Source: Desulfobacterales bacterium | GTDB lineage: Bacteria; Desulfobacterota; Desulfobacteria; Desulfobacterales; SG8-13 | Direction of reading: 5' to 3' | Assembly (NCBI GenBank): GCA_037383965.1 | Contig: JARROL010000007.1 | Span: forward strand, 1-56,803 | Length of the DNA stretch: 56,803 bases | In this document: piece after piece, positions 18,267 to 26,432 of the stretch | Position numbering within the stretch: position 1 is the first letter of the stretch | Layout: every line of letters begins with the position of its first letter | Made by a program: the position numbers and the translations under genes | The notes under the pieces: generated by a model | What the model saw: only the letters and a program-made list of their open reading frames with translations | Databases searched by the model: none | Told to the model about the DNA's origin: nothing

Positions 18267-19787
18267 GTGAGGAAAATAGTGCAACTTAAGCTGGCCTATA
18301 AAATTTTCGCGGCGTTTTTGTTGACCTCTTTTATAGTTGTCGTCCTCATGATCGGCGGCATGCGCTATATTGTGTCGCGCAATTTTGCGGACTACGTCAA
18401 CCAAACGGCCCTCGACCGACTCGATGCGCTCGTGGATGCTCTGTCCGCCGAATATCAACGAGACCAGGGGTGGCAGCACTTGAAAGACCGACCCGATCTC
18501 TGGCGTGACATCCTGCGGTCCGTCCGGCCGTGGAGAGAATTCGATCGCCGGCCGTCACCCGAAGCCGATGAACCGGCCGGGCCGCCGGTCCCCGGCACGC
18601 ATGCCGGCCATGAAAGAAATCCTCCTGGAGCTGAAGATTCCGGCTTACCGCCTGAAAAATCCGCCGCGCATCTTCGCCGTCGTCTTCCGCGGGGATTGTC
18701 CCTTTTCGATGGCCAGAAGCAGCATATCGCCGGGTGGCCGCTCAGGGGCGCACCGGACAGTTATTCGCTGAGGGAAATAACCGTCAACGACCGGATCGTT
18801 GGGTGGCTGGGACTTTACAAGAGAGAAAACCTGTCCAACCCCCTGGTGGTGTCATTTATCAAAGCGCAATCACTGGCATTTTATACCATCGGCGGCGGGA
18901 TTCTGCTGCTGGCCGCTATTGTGTCGTTTTTACTGTCGAAACACCTGCTGGCCCCTATCCGTCAACTCACCGCGGGAACACGGGCCCTTACGGCCTTCGA
19001 ATTCGGTACGAAAATCGACGTGCGCACGAAGGACGAGCTGGGCCAACTGGCTGCGGATTTCAACCGGATGGCCGACACGCTTAAAAATTTTGAGAAAATG
19101 CGGCGTCAATGGATTGTCGATATATCCCACGAATTGCGAACCCCGCTCGCGATTCTGAAGGGAGAAATCGAAGCCCTGCAGGATGGGGTTAGAAATCCAA
19201 CCGAAGATAATCTAGCATCGTTGCAATCGGAGGTGGATCGCCTCAGTAAGCTGGTGGAAGACCTGCACCTGCTCTCACTGGCCGACACGAAAAACCTGCT
19301 GACCAGAAAAGACGACATCGCGCCGCTTGACATCCTGCAACAGATCATCACGCATTATCAGAACCGACTGGCGAGCCGAAAAATCGATGTTCATCTCGAA
19401 TTAAAAACCGGCAGCACCGTCACGTTGGAAGGCGACGCCGATCGATTGGCCCGGCTTTTTATCAACTTGCTGGAAAACACGCTGCGTTACACGGATTCAC
19501 CGGGCATTCTGAAAATCAAGGCCCTCCGCACCGACAGCCGATTGACAATCAGTTTCGAAGATACGGGTCCCGGCGTTCCGCCCGAAGCGATCGGCCGGTT
19601 GTTTGATCGGCTTTATCGCGTCGACACATCCAGGAGCCGCGAACTGGGCGGCAGCGGTCTGGGTCTTGCAATTTGCAAACAGATTGTGGAAGCCCATGGT
19701 GGAACGATTCAGGCCGCCAATGCATCGTCAGGCGGTTTGCAGATTCGAATCGAGCTGCCGCTCGATTCCGCCGGTCCAGTGAGATGA
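18267..19787 (+). CDS. Sensor histidine kinase (TM-periplasmic-TM-HAMP-HisKA-HATPase), BaeS/CpxA-like
   Basis: H-box ISHELRTPLA, N/G boxes (LLENTLRYT, DTGPGV, GGSGLGLAI) and a HAMP region. GTG 18279, preceded by GAGGA, is an alternative start. Confidence 0.9.
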   Translation: MRKIVQLKLAYKIFAAFLLTSFIVVVLMIGGMRYIVSRNFADYVNQTALDRLDALVDALSAEYQRDQGWQHLKDRPDLWRDILRSVRPWREFDRRPSPEADEPAGPPVPGTHAGHERNPPGAEDSGLPPEKSAAHLRRRLPRGLSLFDGQKQHIAGWPLRGAPDSYSLREITVNDRIVGWLGLYKRENLSNPLVVSFIKAQSLAFYTIGGGILLLAAIVSFLLSKHLLAPIRQLTAGTRALTAFEFGTKIDVRTKDELGQLAADFNRMADTLKNFEKMRRQWIVDISHELRTPLAILKGEIEALQDGVRNPTEDNLASLQSEVDRLSKLVEDLHLLSLADTKNLLTRKDDIAPLDILQQIITHYQNRLASRKIDVHLELKTGSTVTLEGDADRLARLFINLLENTLRYTDSPGILKIKALRTDSRLTISFEDTGPGVPPEAIGRLFDRLYRVDTSRSRELGGSGLGLAICKQIVEAHGGTIQAANASSGGLQIRIELPLDSAGPVR

Positions 19788-19856
19788 CCAGTGACCCACT
19801 CGAGTGGAACATTTATAAGCCCTTTACGCCTTTCATAACCGCAGAGGTGGTCGCCA

Positions 19857-20546
19857 ATGGCACACGAGCATATCCTGATCGTTGAAGACGAACGAAAGCT
19901 TGCCGATTTGCTGCGGGATTACCTGAGCGAAGCCGGATACACGGTGTCCTGGCTGGACAGAGGCGACCGGGTGGTGTCGCGTGTCAAGCAGGATCCGCCC
20001 GGACTGGTTCTGCTCGATATCATGCTGCCGGGAACGGACGGAACAGAGGTTTGCCGTGAAATCAGAAAATTTTCGAAGATCCCTATTCTGATGATCACCG
20101 CCCGGGTGGAAGAGGTCGATCGCATCATCGGGCTGGAACTGGGGGCCGACGATTATATCTGCAAGCCGTTCAGCCCGCGGGAAGTGGTTGCACGGGTTAA
20201 GGCCGTTTTGAGAAGAGCGTACAGCGAACCGGAAACAACCCGACTGGCCATCGGACCCATTTCCCTTAACGAGACAACCCGCCGAGTCAGCGTGGACGAC
20301 GAGGTGTTGAACCTGACACCGAGTGAATTCGGACTGCTTAAAATAATGATGGCCCATCCCGGCCGCGTTTTTTCACGCAGTGAACTTCTGGACAAAGTGC
20401 AGGGTTACCAGTTTGAGGGCTATGACCGCACCATCGACACCCACATAAAAAATATCCGCAAGAAGATCGCCGAAAAGCTTCCCGGCCGGGACGTCATCCA
20501 TACGGTTTACGGCATCGGGTATAAATTCGACAGCGAGACCGAGTAA
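19857..20546 (+). CDS. OmpR/PhoB-family response regulator
   Basis: Receiver domain (ILIVEDE...LLDIMLPG.DG) plus a winged-helix C-terminus (LTPSEF.LL......V.SR..L...V.GY....DRTID.HI..IRKK). Confidence 0.93.
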   Translation: MAHEHILIVEDERKLADLLRDYLSEAGYTVSWLDRGDRVVSRVKQDPPGLVLLDIMLPGTDGTEVCREIRKFSKIPILMITARVEEVDRIIGLELGADDYICKPFSPREVVARVKAVLRRAYSEPETTRLAIGPISLNETTRRVSVDDEVLNLTPSEFGLLKIMMAHPGRVFSRSELLDKVQGYQFEGYDRTIDTHIKNIRKKIAEKLPGRDVIHTVYGIGYKFDSETE

Positions 20547-20588
20547 AACGATCGAATCTTTTTTCCACGTCACCAGGCAAAGAAAAGA

Positions 20589-21074
20589 CTACTTCAGGTC
20601 CCTTACCGGCAAGGCGCGGTAAGCCCGCTTGTGGACCATGCGGTCGGTGTAAGATATCCCGCGCTGGAAGTTGAATACCGCCGCCGTTATGGCCTCCACG
20701 TCCGAGGTCCACACCCAGCCGCAGCTGATGCGGATCTGAGGGACGATCTTGACCGTCTGGCCGCAGACGGTTTCGTAACCCTTATAGGCCGGATCCCTGA
20801 CGTAAAGGGTCTTCAGTTCACCCGCCGTCGGCAGACGCCAATTTGGGTATTTTTTCACAAGGGTGTCGGGAAAAGTGTATTGAACCCAGCGCGTGGCCTG
20901 CTTCCAATCGATGTCGCCGTCATTGTCCGTCTTGGACCACATCAGGTTCAGCTCGTGATCGGTGACCGTACCGTCGCCGTTGTCGGTAAAACGGTCCTGC
21001 GACTGGACAGCAGACACAATTAATACGATCATCGCCAGCGCCAAGCTGGCCCATAATGCCGTTCGATTCACCAT
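20589..21074 (-). CDS. DUF1566 (Lcl C-terminal domain) secreted protein
   Basis: GGGGGAG RBS before ATG 21074 and a signal peptide. Motifs GDGTVTDH.LNLMWSK, WRLPTAGELKTLY and GWVWTS. Confidence 0.75.
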   Translation of the reverse strand: MVNRTALWASLALAMIVLIVSAVQSQDRFTDNGDGTVTDHELNLMWSKTDNDGDIDWKQATRWVQYTFPDTLVKKYPNWRLPTAGELKTLYVRDPAYKGYETVCGQTVKIVPQIRISCGWVWTSDVEAITAAVFNFQRGISYTDRMVHKRAYRALPVRDLK

Positions 21075-21205
21075 GTCTCCCCCTTTCAGCAAAAAATCTG
21101 CTGCATTGGTGGCGTGTAAATCACAAAACGGCCGGTTTTTTAATGGCGGCAGGCGGTAAAAACCGGGAGCACTTTAAAACCGAACCCCGGCGGTCAGACA
21201 TGTTT

Positions 21206-21715
21206 CTACTGCCTATTGCCATCGGAAACATGAATGCGTTTACGCAGTCGTTCGGCACTCTCTTCATCTCGATAGGAAATGACGGTGACCGGCGAACGGC
21301 GAAAAATCTTCTCTGCAACGGATCCCACGAATATGTGCTCCAGATCGGATCGCTCTTTGACGCCCATGACGACCATCTGGACTTCTTCTCTGACGATCGT
21401 TTTCAACAGCTCCTCCAGGGGATTTCCCACCGGAAGCCGCACTGTCATCTTCTCAGCCGGAAACGAGGTTTTTTTGACATAACCTTCCAATAACGCTTTG
21501 CGCTCGTTTCTGATACTTTCCACATAATGCTCGCCGTCAATCTTATAACCCAAGGCGGCGACGCTGCGGACAGCCTCAACATCCCGGGAGTTGATGACAC
21601 TGGCAACCAGCAGGTCGGCGTCGAATTTCCTGGCCAGTTCTGCGGCATAACGAAATGTACCCTCGGAATAACTGCTGAAACCAATGGCTACCATGACGGT
21701 ATGAATCCCTTGCAT
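21206..21715 (-). CDS. Universal stress protein (UspA family)
   Basis: Motifs VMVAIGFS..S....YAAELA..F.A.L.V..V and VVMG...RS.LEHIFVGSVAEKIFRRSPVTV. Confidence 0.88.
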   Translation of the reverse strand: MQGIHTVMVAIGFSSYSEGTFRYAAELARKFDADLLVASVINSRDVEAVRSVAALGYKIDGEHYVESIRNERKALLEGYVKKTSFPAEKMTVRLPVGNPLEELLKTIVREEVQMVVMGVKERSDLEHIFVGSVAEKIFRRSPVTVISYRDEESAERLRKRIHVSDGNRQ

Positions 21716-21756
21716 TCACTCACCCCCTTTTTGTGACTTGCCGCTTTGCCTGCCCC

Positions 21757-23832
21757 TCACGCAACGGCCGGTGAGGGCAGCGTCTTGGGTGTTCGTGGTC
21801 TTTGCATGAGGTACACCAGTCCCCAGAGGGCTATCCCCATGAGATACACATAATAACGCTGTTCAAAGGGAATGCCGACCAATGAGGCGATCAGACCCGG
21901 TCGCATCAGTATCACGGTCACCGCCAAGAACAGCGGAATTTCGTAAAAACGATTTTTGGCGACAAACCACCCCTGAGTAGCCGATGCAAAGGCAAAGTTC
22001 CCCACGCATGCCATGGCGAAAATCAAAAGGCCCTGGGGCCAGCTGTTGATGTTGTGCAGGATCAGGTCACTGTTGAAAATGAACATGAAGGGCAGGATGG
22101 CCGTGCGGATGTCGTACATGAATCCCTGGATGCCGGTGGGAATCGGTGGCGACTTGGCAATCGCCGCGGCCGCGTAGGCCGCCAGACCCACCGGGGGCGT
22201 GTCGTCGGCGAGGATGCCGAAGTAAAAGCAGAACAGATGGGCCGCCATCAGAGGCACGATGAAATCGTTCATCTGTCCGATGTGGACGATGGCCGGTGCC
22301 GTCAGCGAAGCCATGACGATGTAGGTGGCCGTGGTGGGCAATCCCATGCCGATGACGAGACTGGCAAACGCCGTGATCACCAGCATGAGGTAGATGTTGC
22401 CGCCCGAGAGCACATCTATAATTTCCGTGACCAGTTGCCCAAGTCCCATGGCCACCACGCCGACGATGATGCCGGCGGCGGCGGTGGCCAGTGCCACGGC
22501 CACCATATTGCGCGCACCGCTGGCAAGGGCGGCGAAAATATCACAGATACCCTGCCAGAAAGCCGGTTTCAAGGGCTCTTTATTGAGGTAAGCCACCACC
22601 GGCCGCTGCAGGAACATGATGATGGCCATAACCCAGCAGGCGTTGAAGGCCGCCGTGTCAGGGGTGTGCCGCACAACGATCAGCTCGTAGAGCAGCATGG
22701 CGATGGGCAGCAAATAATGCGCACCAGCTATCAGCGTCTTGAAGAATTGTGGCAGGTCGCTCTTGTCCATCCCCTTCAACCCCAGCTTGGAGGCCTCGAT
22801 GTGGGTAATGTACAACAGCGCCGCATAGGAAGCAAAAGCCGGTACGGCCGCCGCCTTGATGACATCCACGTAGGGCACGTTGACGTATTCGGCGATGATG
22901 AAGGCGGCAGCGCCCATGATGGGCGGTGCGATCTGACCGTCGGTGCTGGCGGCCACCTCGATGGCAGCGGCCTTGGTGGGCGGGTATCCCACTCTTTTCA
23001 TCAACGGGATGGTAAACGTACCTGTGGTAACGATGTTGGCGATGCTCGATCCGTTGACCAGTCCGGTCATACCGCTGCCCAATACCGCCGCTTTGGCCGG
23101 CCCGCCCTTGAAACGCCCCAAGAGGGAAAGCGCCAGTTGGATAAAATAATATCCGGCCCCGGCCTTATCGAGCATGGCGCCGAACAGCACGAACAGAAAA
23201 ACGACCGTGGCCGACACATCCAGAGGAATCCCGTAAATGCCTTCGGTGGACATGGTCAGCTGCCCCAGGAGGCGGTTCAGCGAAACCCCCTTGAACTCGA
23301 TCACTTCGGGCATGTAAGGTCCGGCAAATGCGTAGATGATAAACACCGAGGCAATGATAGAGAGCGCCGGCCCGATTACCCGACGCGAGGCCTCGAGCAG
23401 CAATACCACCAATGCCGAGCCAATGACCAAATCCCTTAAAATCGGCGTGCCGTAGCGCATCGCCAGCCCCTCGTAGTCTATGGCGATGTACAACGCCGAG
23501 AAAGCCGCCACAATGGCCAGAACGTAGTCGAGTAGTGGGATCCTGTCGGTTGTGGAAAAGTAGTTGGTTCCGAAGCGCGGTTTTTTGAACAACGGGTAGT
23601 TCAAATAAACGATCAGCATGGCAAAGGCCAGATGGATGGCCCGGATAAAGGTCGAGTCGAGTATCAGCCAGCTGGCGGTGGACAGTTGAAACAGACTCCA
23701 GGCCACTCCGATGGTGGGAATCACCCACTTCGATGGGCCTGTCGGCCTTCTGCCGATGCCCTCTTCCTCTTCGGCCATGCGCTTGGCTAGTTCTATCCCC
23801 TCGTCCTTGTCGGAAATCTCAACATCACTCAT
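21757..23832 (-). CDS. TRAP transporter fused permease (TAXI-type)
   Basis: 691 aa, highly hydrophobic polytopic protein immediately downstream of a TAXI binding protein. The size and pattern are typical of the fused small/large TRAP permease. Confidence 0.88.
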   Translation of the reverse strand: MSDVEISDKDEGIELAKRMAEEEEGIGRRPTGPSKWVIPTIGVAWSLFQLSTASWLILDSTFIRAIHLAFAMLIVYLNYPLFKKPRFGTNYFSTTDRIPLLDYVLAIVAAFSALYIAIDYEGLAMRYGTPILRDLVIGSALVVLLLEASRRVIGPALSIIASVFIIYAFAGPYMPEVIEFKGVSLNRLLGQLTMSTEGIYGIPLDVSATVVFLFVLFGAMLDKAGAGYYFIQLALSLLGRFKGGPAKAAVLGSGMTGLVNGSSIANIVTTGTFTIPLMKRVGYPPTKAAAIEVAASTDGQIAPPIMGAAAFIIAEYVNVPYVDVIKAAAVPAFASYAALLYITHIEASKLGLKGMDKSDLPQFFKTLIAGAHYLLPIAMLLYELIVVRHTPDTAAFNACWVMAIIMFLQRPVVAYLNKEPLKPAFWQGICDIFAALASGARNMVAVALATAAAGIIVGVVAMGLGQLVTEIIDVLSGGNIYLMLVITAFASLVIGMGLPTTATYIVMASLTAPAIVHIGQMNDFIVPLMAAHLFCFYFGILADDTPPVGLAAYAAAAIAKSPPIPTGIQGFMYDIRTAILPFMFIFNSDLILHNINSWPQGLLIFAMACVGNFAFASATQGWFVAKNRFYEIPLFLAVTVILMRPGLIASLVGIPFEQRYYVYLMGIALWGLVYLMQRPRTPKTLPSPAVA

Positions 23833-24166
23833 GGTGTCACCTCTTGCTCGACAACATTCTCTATTTCGGGGCCATTGCCGTTTCGGAAGCTCAATGTGGA
23901 CAGGAGATTGTGCTCAGAACGAAAATCGGGCCGCAAACAGCCGAGTGGTCAGTATCGTCTTTTTCAGGGCTCTCTCGGACGCAAGGCGGATACTAAGGCT
24001 CGCGACAAAATAAGTTAGTGATTTCGGGCGCTGGGGCACCCGACCGACAAGGCGTAAAACCACATGAATATCTGGCTATTCCGATATCTTGCACCGCAAA
24101 CGGACGGGGTGCACCAGCGTCCAAATGATACGCTATTTTTTAGCAAGCCCTTAGATCGATTATGCG

Positions 24167-25150
24167 CTACTTCATCAGCCCGGCTTCCTTGTAATATTTC
24201 ATGGCGCCGGGATGTATGGGGGCCGATAAGCCCTCGAGCATACTCTCCTTGGTCAGCCCTTCATAGGCCGGATGCAGCGTTTTGAAGGTGTCGAAGTTGT
24301 CAAAAACCTCCTTGGTGATGGCATAAACGACTTCATCGGGCACCTTGGACGAGGTCACGAAAGTCGCTTTTACACCGAAAGTCGGAATATTTTCCGTGTT
24401 GGCGGCACCGGGATAGTCTTTTATCAGCGTCACGGACTTGGCGTAATAAGGATATTTTTTCACGATCTTATCCACGTTCGGGATTTCAATGAACTTCACC
24501 TTGCGCGTTCCGGCCGTGGCTTCCTTGTAATATCCGCTGGGATGCCCGACGGTGTAAAAGCCGGCGTCCAGTCTGCCGTCCTGAATCATACCCGGCGCCT
24601 CCGCGGCCTTCAGACTCTCCGCGTAAAAATCTTTCTCGTAGTCCAGGCCATTGGCCTCTAAGGCATCGATGGCATTTTGGCGATACCCGGAGCCGATATT
24701 GCCGATATTGACCCGTTTCCCCTTGAGGTCTTGTATGGTGTTGATGTTCGCGTCTTCGGCGGCGATCAGGTCGACATTTTCGGAGTGGATCGAAAAAACC
24801 GCCCGCAGATCCTTCTGGGGCCCCTTTTCTTCCCACTCGGCCAGGCCTTTGACGGCCTGGTACTGGCGGTCGGATTGGGCCACACCGAACTCGAGGTCAC
24901 CGGCCATGATGGCATTGATGTTGAACACCGAGCCGCCGGTGGACTCCACTGTGGCCCGGATACCGTATTCATCGCGCTTGGCGTTGACCATTTTAGCGAT
25001 GGCGCCGCCGGTAGGATAATAAACACCTGTAATGCCGCCGGTACCGATGGTCACGAAGGTGGTTTTGGCTTGAACGTCCGCCGGCGCGACTCCCATAAGC
25101 ACCGCAAAACAAAACAGGACTGCCAGACTCAACATAATTGACTTTTTCAT
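24167..25150 (-). CDS. TAXI-family TRAP transporter solute-binding protein
   Basis: Signal peptide followed by TTFVTIGTGGITGVYYPTGGAIAKMVN, a signature of the TAXI (TRAP-associated extracytoplasmic immunogenic) family. Confidence 0.9.
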   Translation of the reverse strand: MKKSIMLSLAVLFCFAVLMGVAPADVQAKTTFVTIGTGGITGVYYPTGGAIAKMVNAKRDEYGIRATVESTGGSVFNINAIMAGDLEFGVAQSDRQYQAVKGLAEWEEKGPQKDLRAVFSIHSENVDLIAAEDANINTIQDLKGKRVNIGNIGSGYRQNAIDALEANGLDYEKDFYAESLKAAEAPGMIQDGRLDAGFYTVGHPSGYYKEATAGTRKVKFIEIPNVDKIVKKYPYYAKSVTLIKDYPGAANTENIPTFGVKATFVTSSKVPDEVVYAITKEVFDNFDTFKTLHPAYEGLTKESMLEGLSAPIHPGAMKYYKEAGLMK

Positions 25151-25419
25151 AATGCCTCCTTTTTTCTACAGTTAGCGCAAACCGAAGAAACCGTAACGTT
25201 AATTTTTTCGAACGGTTCCGTTGTCTGCCGGAAAACCGATCGGGTCTCCAGTTTCACCGAGTTTTATTAACAGGTCAAAATCAATGAACGCACCATTGTT
25301 ACTGAACGATCATGTATTATCTATTGACCCTTTAATTCCTTAGCAGAACCGAAGAAGCAATACAACAGTTTTGTAAGGTTATTTTTAGCTGAAAGATGCC
25401 GTTTCTGGATGGACTCTGA

Positions 25420-26274
25420 TTAGTTCGCCAGATGATACTTCCGGGAAAGGGCTGTATAGTGCAGGGCCTCCTCCAGACGTCCGCGTTTGAGACATCCTTT
25501 GGCATAGACGGCGCATTTTTTCCGCAGGGCGATGACCGCGGCATTGCGTTGAATCGGGGTCAACCTGGCTGACTCGATCAACTTCACCAATGAACGGATG
25601 CGGTACCTGTCCAGTGAAGACTGCCGTGACAGCTGGTCTTCGTGCCCGCCGCGTTTGATCGTGAGCGGCTTGTCAATCAAGTGCACCGGGAACCGGCAAC
25701 CGACCCTTAACCAAAGGTCGTAATCCTCACAGGCCGGCAGGCTTTCGTCAAACTGGCCGACCTTCTCGAACAGCTCCCGCTGAACCATAACCGCCGAAGG
25801 ACTTACGAGGCACAGCTCGAGCGAGCGCTCGAATATCATGCCGGAAGGTTTGCGGTGCCGTTTGCCGGGATTGACCCGCAGGCCGTTGCGAATCCAGATT
25901 TCCTCGGTCTGGCAGATTAATGCCGCCGGATTCCTTTTGAAAAAATCGACCTGGACGGCAAGCTTCTTGGGCAGCCAAATGTCATCGGAGTCGAGCAGCG
26001 CGATCAGCGGCCCCGAGGATTCGCCGATGCCGCGGTTGCGGGCAGCGCTGACCCCCTGATTGGCCTGGCGGATCACCCGCAGCCGGTCCCCATAGGCATC
26101 CAGAATTGGCGGTGTGCGGTCGGACGATCCGTCATCCACGACAATCAGTTCGAAATCGGCATAGGTCTGTCCGAGCACAGAATCGATTGCATCCCGCACG
26201 ATCCACCCGCGGTTGTAAGTCGGAATGATGACGGAGACAAGTGGATCAGTTATGGTCGATGGCGTATAGGTCAT
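25420..26274 (-). CDS. Family 2 glycosyltransferase
   Basis: VSVIIPTYNRG..V..AI.SVL.QTY.DFELIVVDDGS.D.T and a DSDD motif. Confidence 0.85.
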   Translation of the reverse strand: MTYTPSTITDPLVSVIIPTYNRGWIVRDAIDSVLGQTYADFELIVVDDGSSDRTPPILDAYGDRLRVIRQANQGVSAARNRGIGESSGPLIALLDSDDIWLPKKLAVQVDFFKRNPAALICQTEEIWIRNGLRVNPGKRHRKPSGMIFERSLELCLVSPSAVMVQRELFEKVGQFDESLPACEDYDLWLRVGCRFPVHLIDKPLTIKRGGHEDQLSRQSSLDRYRIRSLVKLIESARLTPIQRNAAVIALRKKCAVYAKGCLKRGRLEEALHYTALSRKYHLAN

Positions 26275-26299
26275 GGAAAATAAAAATGAAGCCGCTGGT

Positions 26300-26426
26300 G
26301 ATAGGTCAAGAATGCAGGCAATGGGTAATCGGTTATGGGTAATAGGTCAAGGATAAGGCCGTTTTTGTAATAAAGACGATTGTCCTCAACCTATTACCCG
26401 TTACTCATCACCCATGACCTATTCCC
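26300..26426. repeat. Long imperfect inverted repeat (arms about 45-53 nt, spacer about 31 nt) built from GGGTAAT/ATAGGTCA sub-repeats
   Basis: Left arm 26300-26352 (..atgggtaatcggttatgggtaataggtcaagg). The reverse complement of the right arm 26384-26426 reads (..atgggtgatgagtaacgggtaataggttgagg). Confidence 0.6.
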
Positions 26427-26432
26427 TATTTT

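Noticed and set aside
22054-23439. 461-aa plus-strand ORF antisense to the TRAP permease.
   Set aside because: Its composition is low-complexity (R/G/H/D-rich). It fully overlaps a clearly real membrane-protein gene and has no RBS or motifs.
24073-24093. TGGCT...TTGCA, resembling a sigma-54 promoter, in the TAXI/permease intergenic gap.
   Set aside because: The GG-to-GC spacing is 17 nt rather than 12, and it is on the plus strand with no downstream plus-strand gene.
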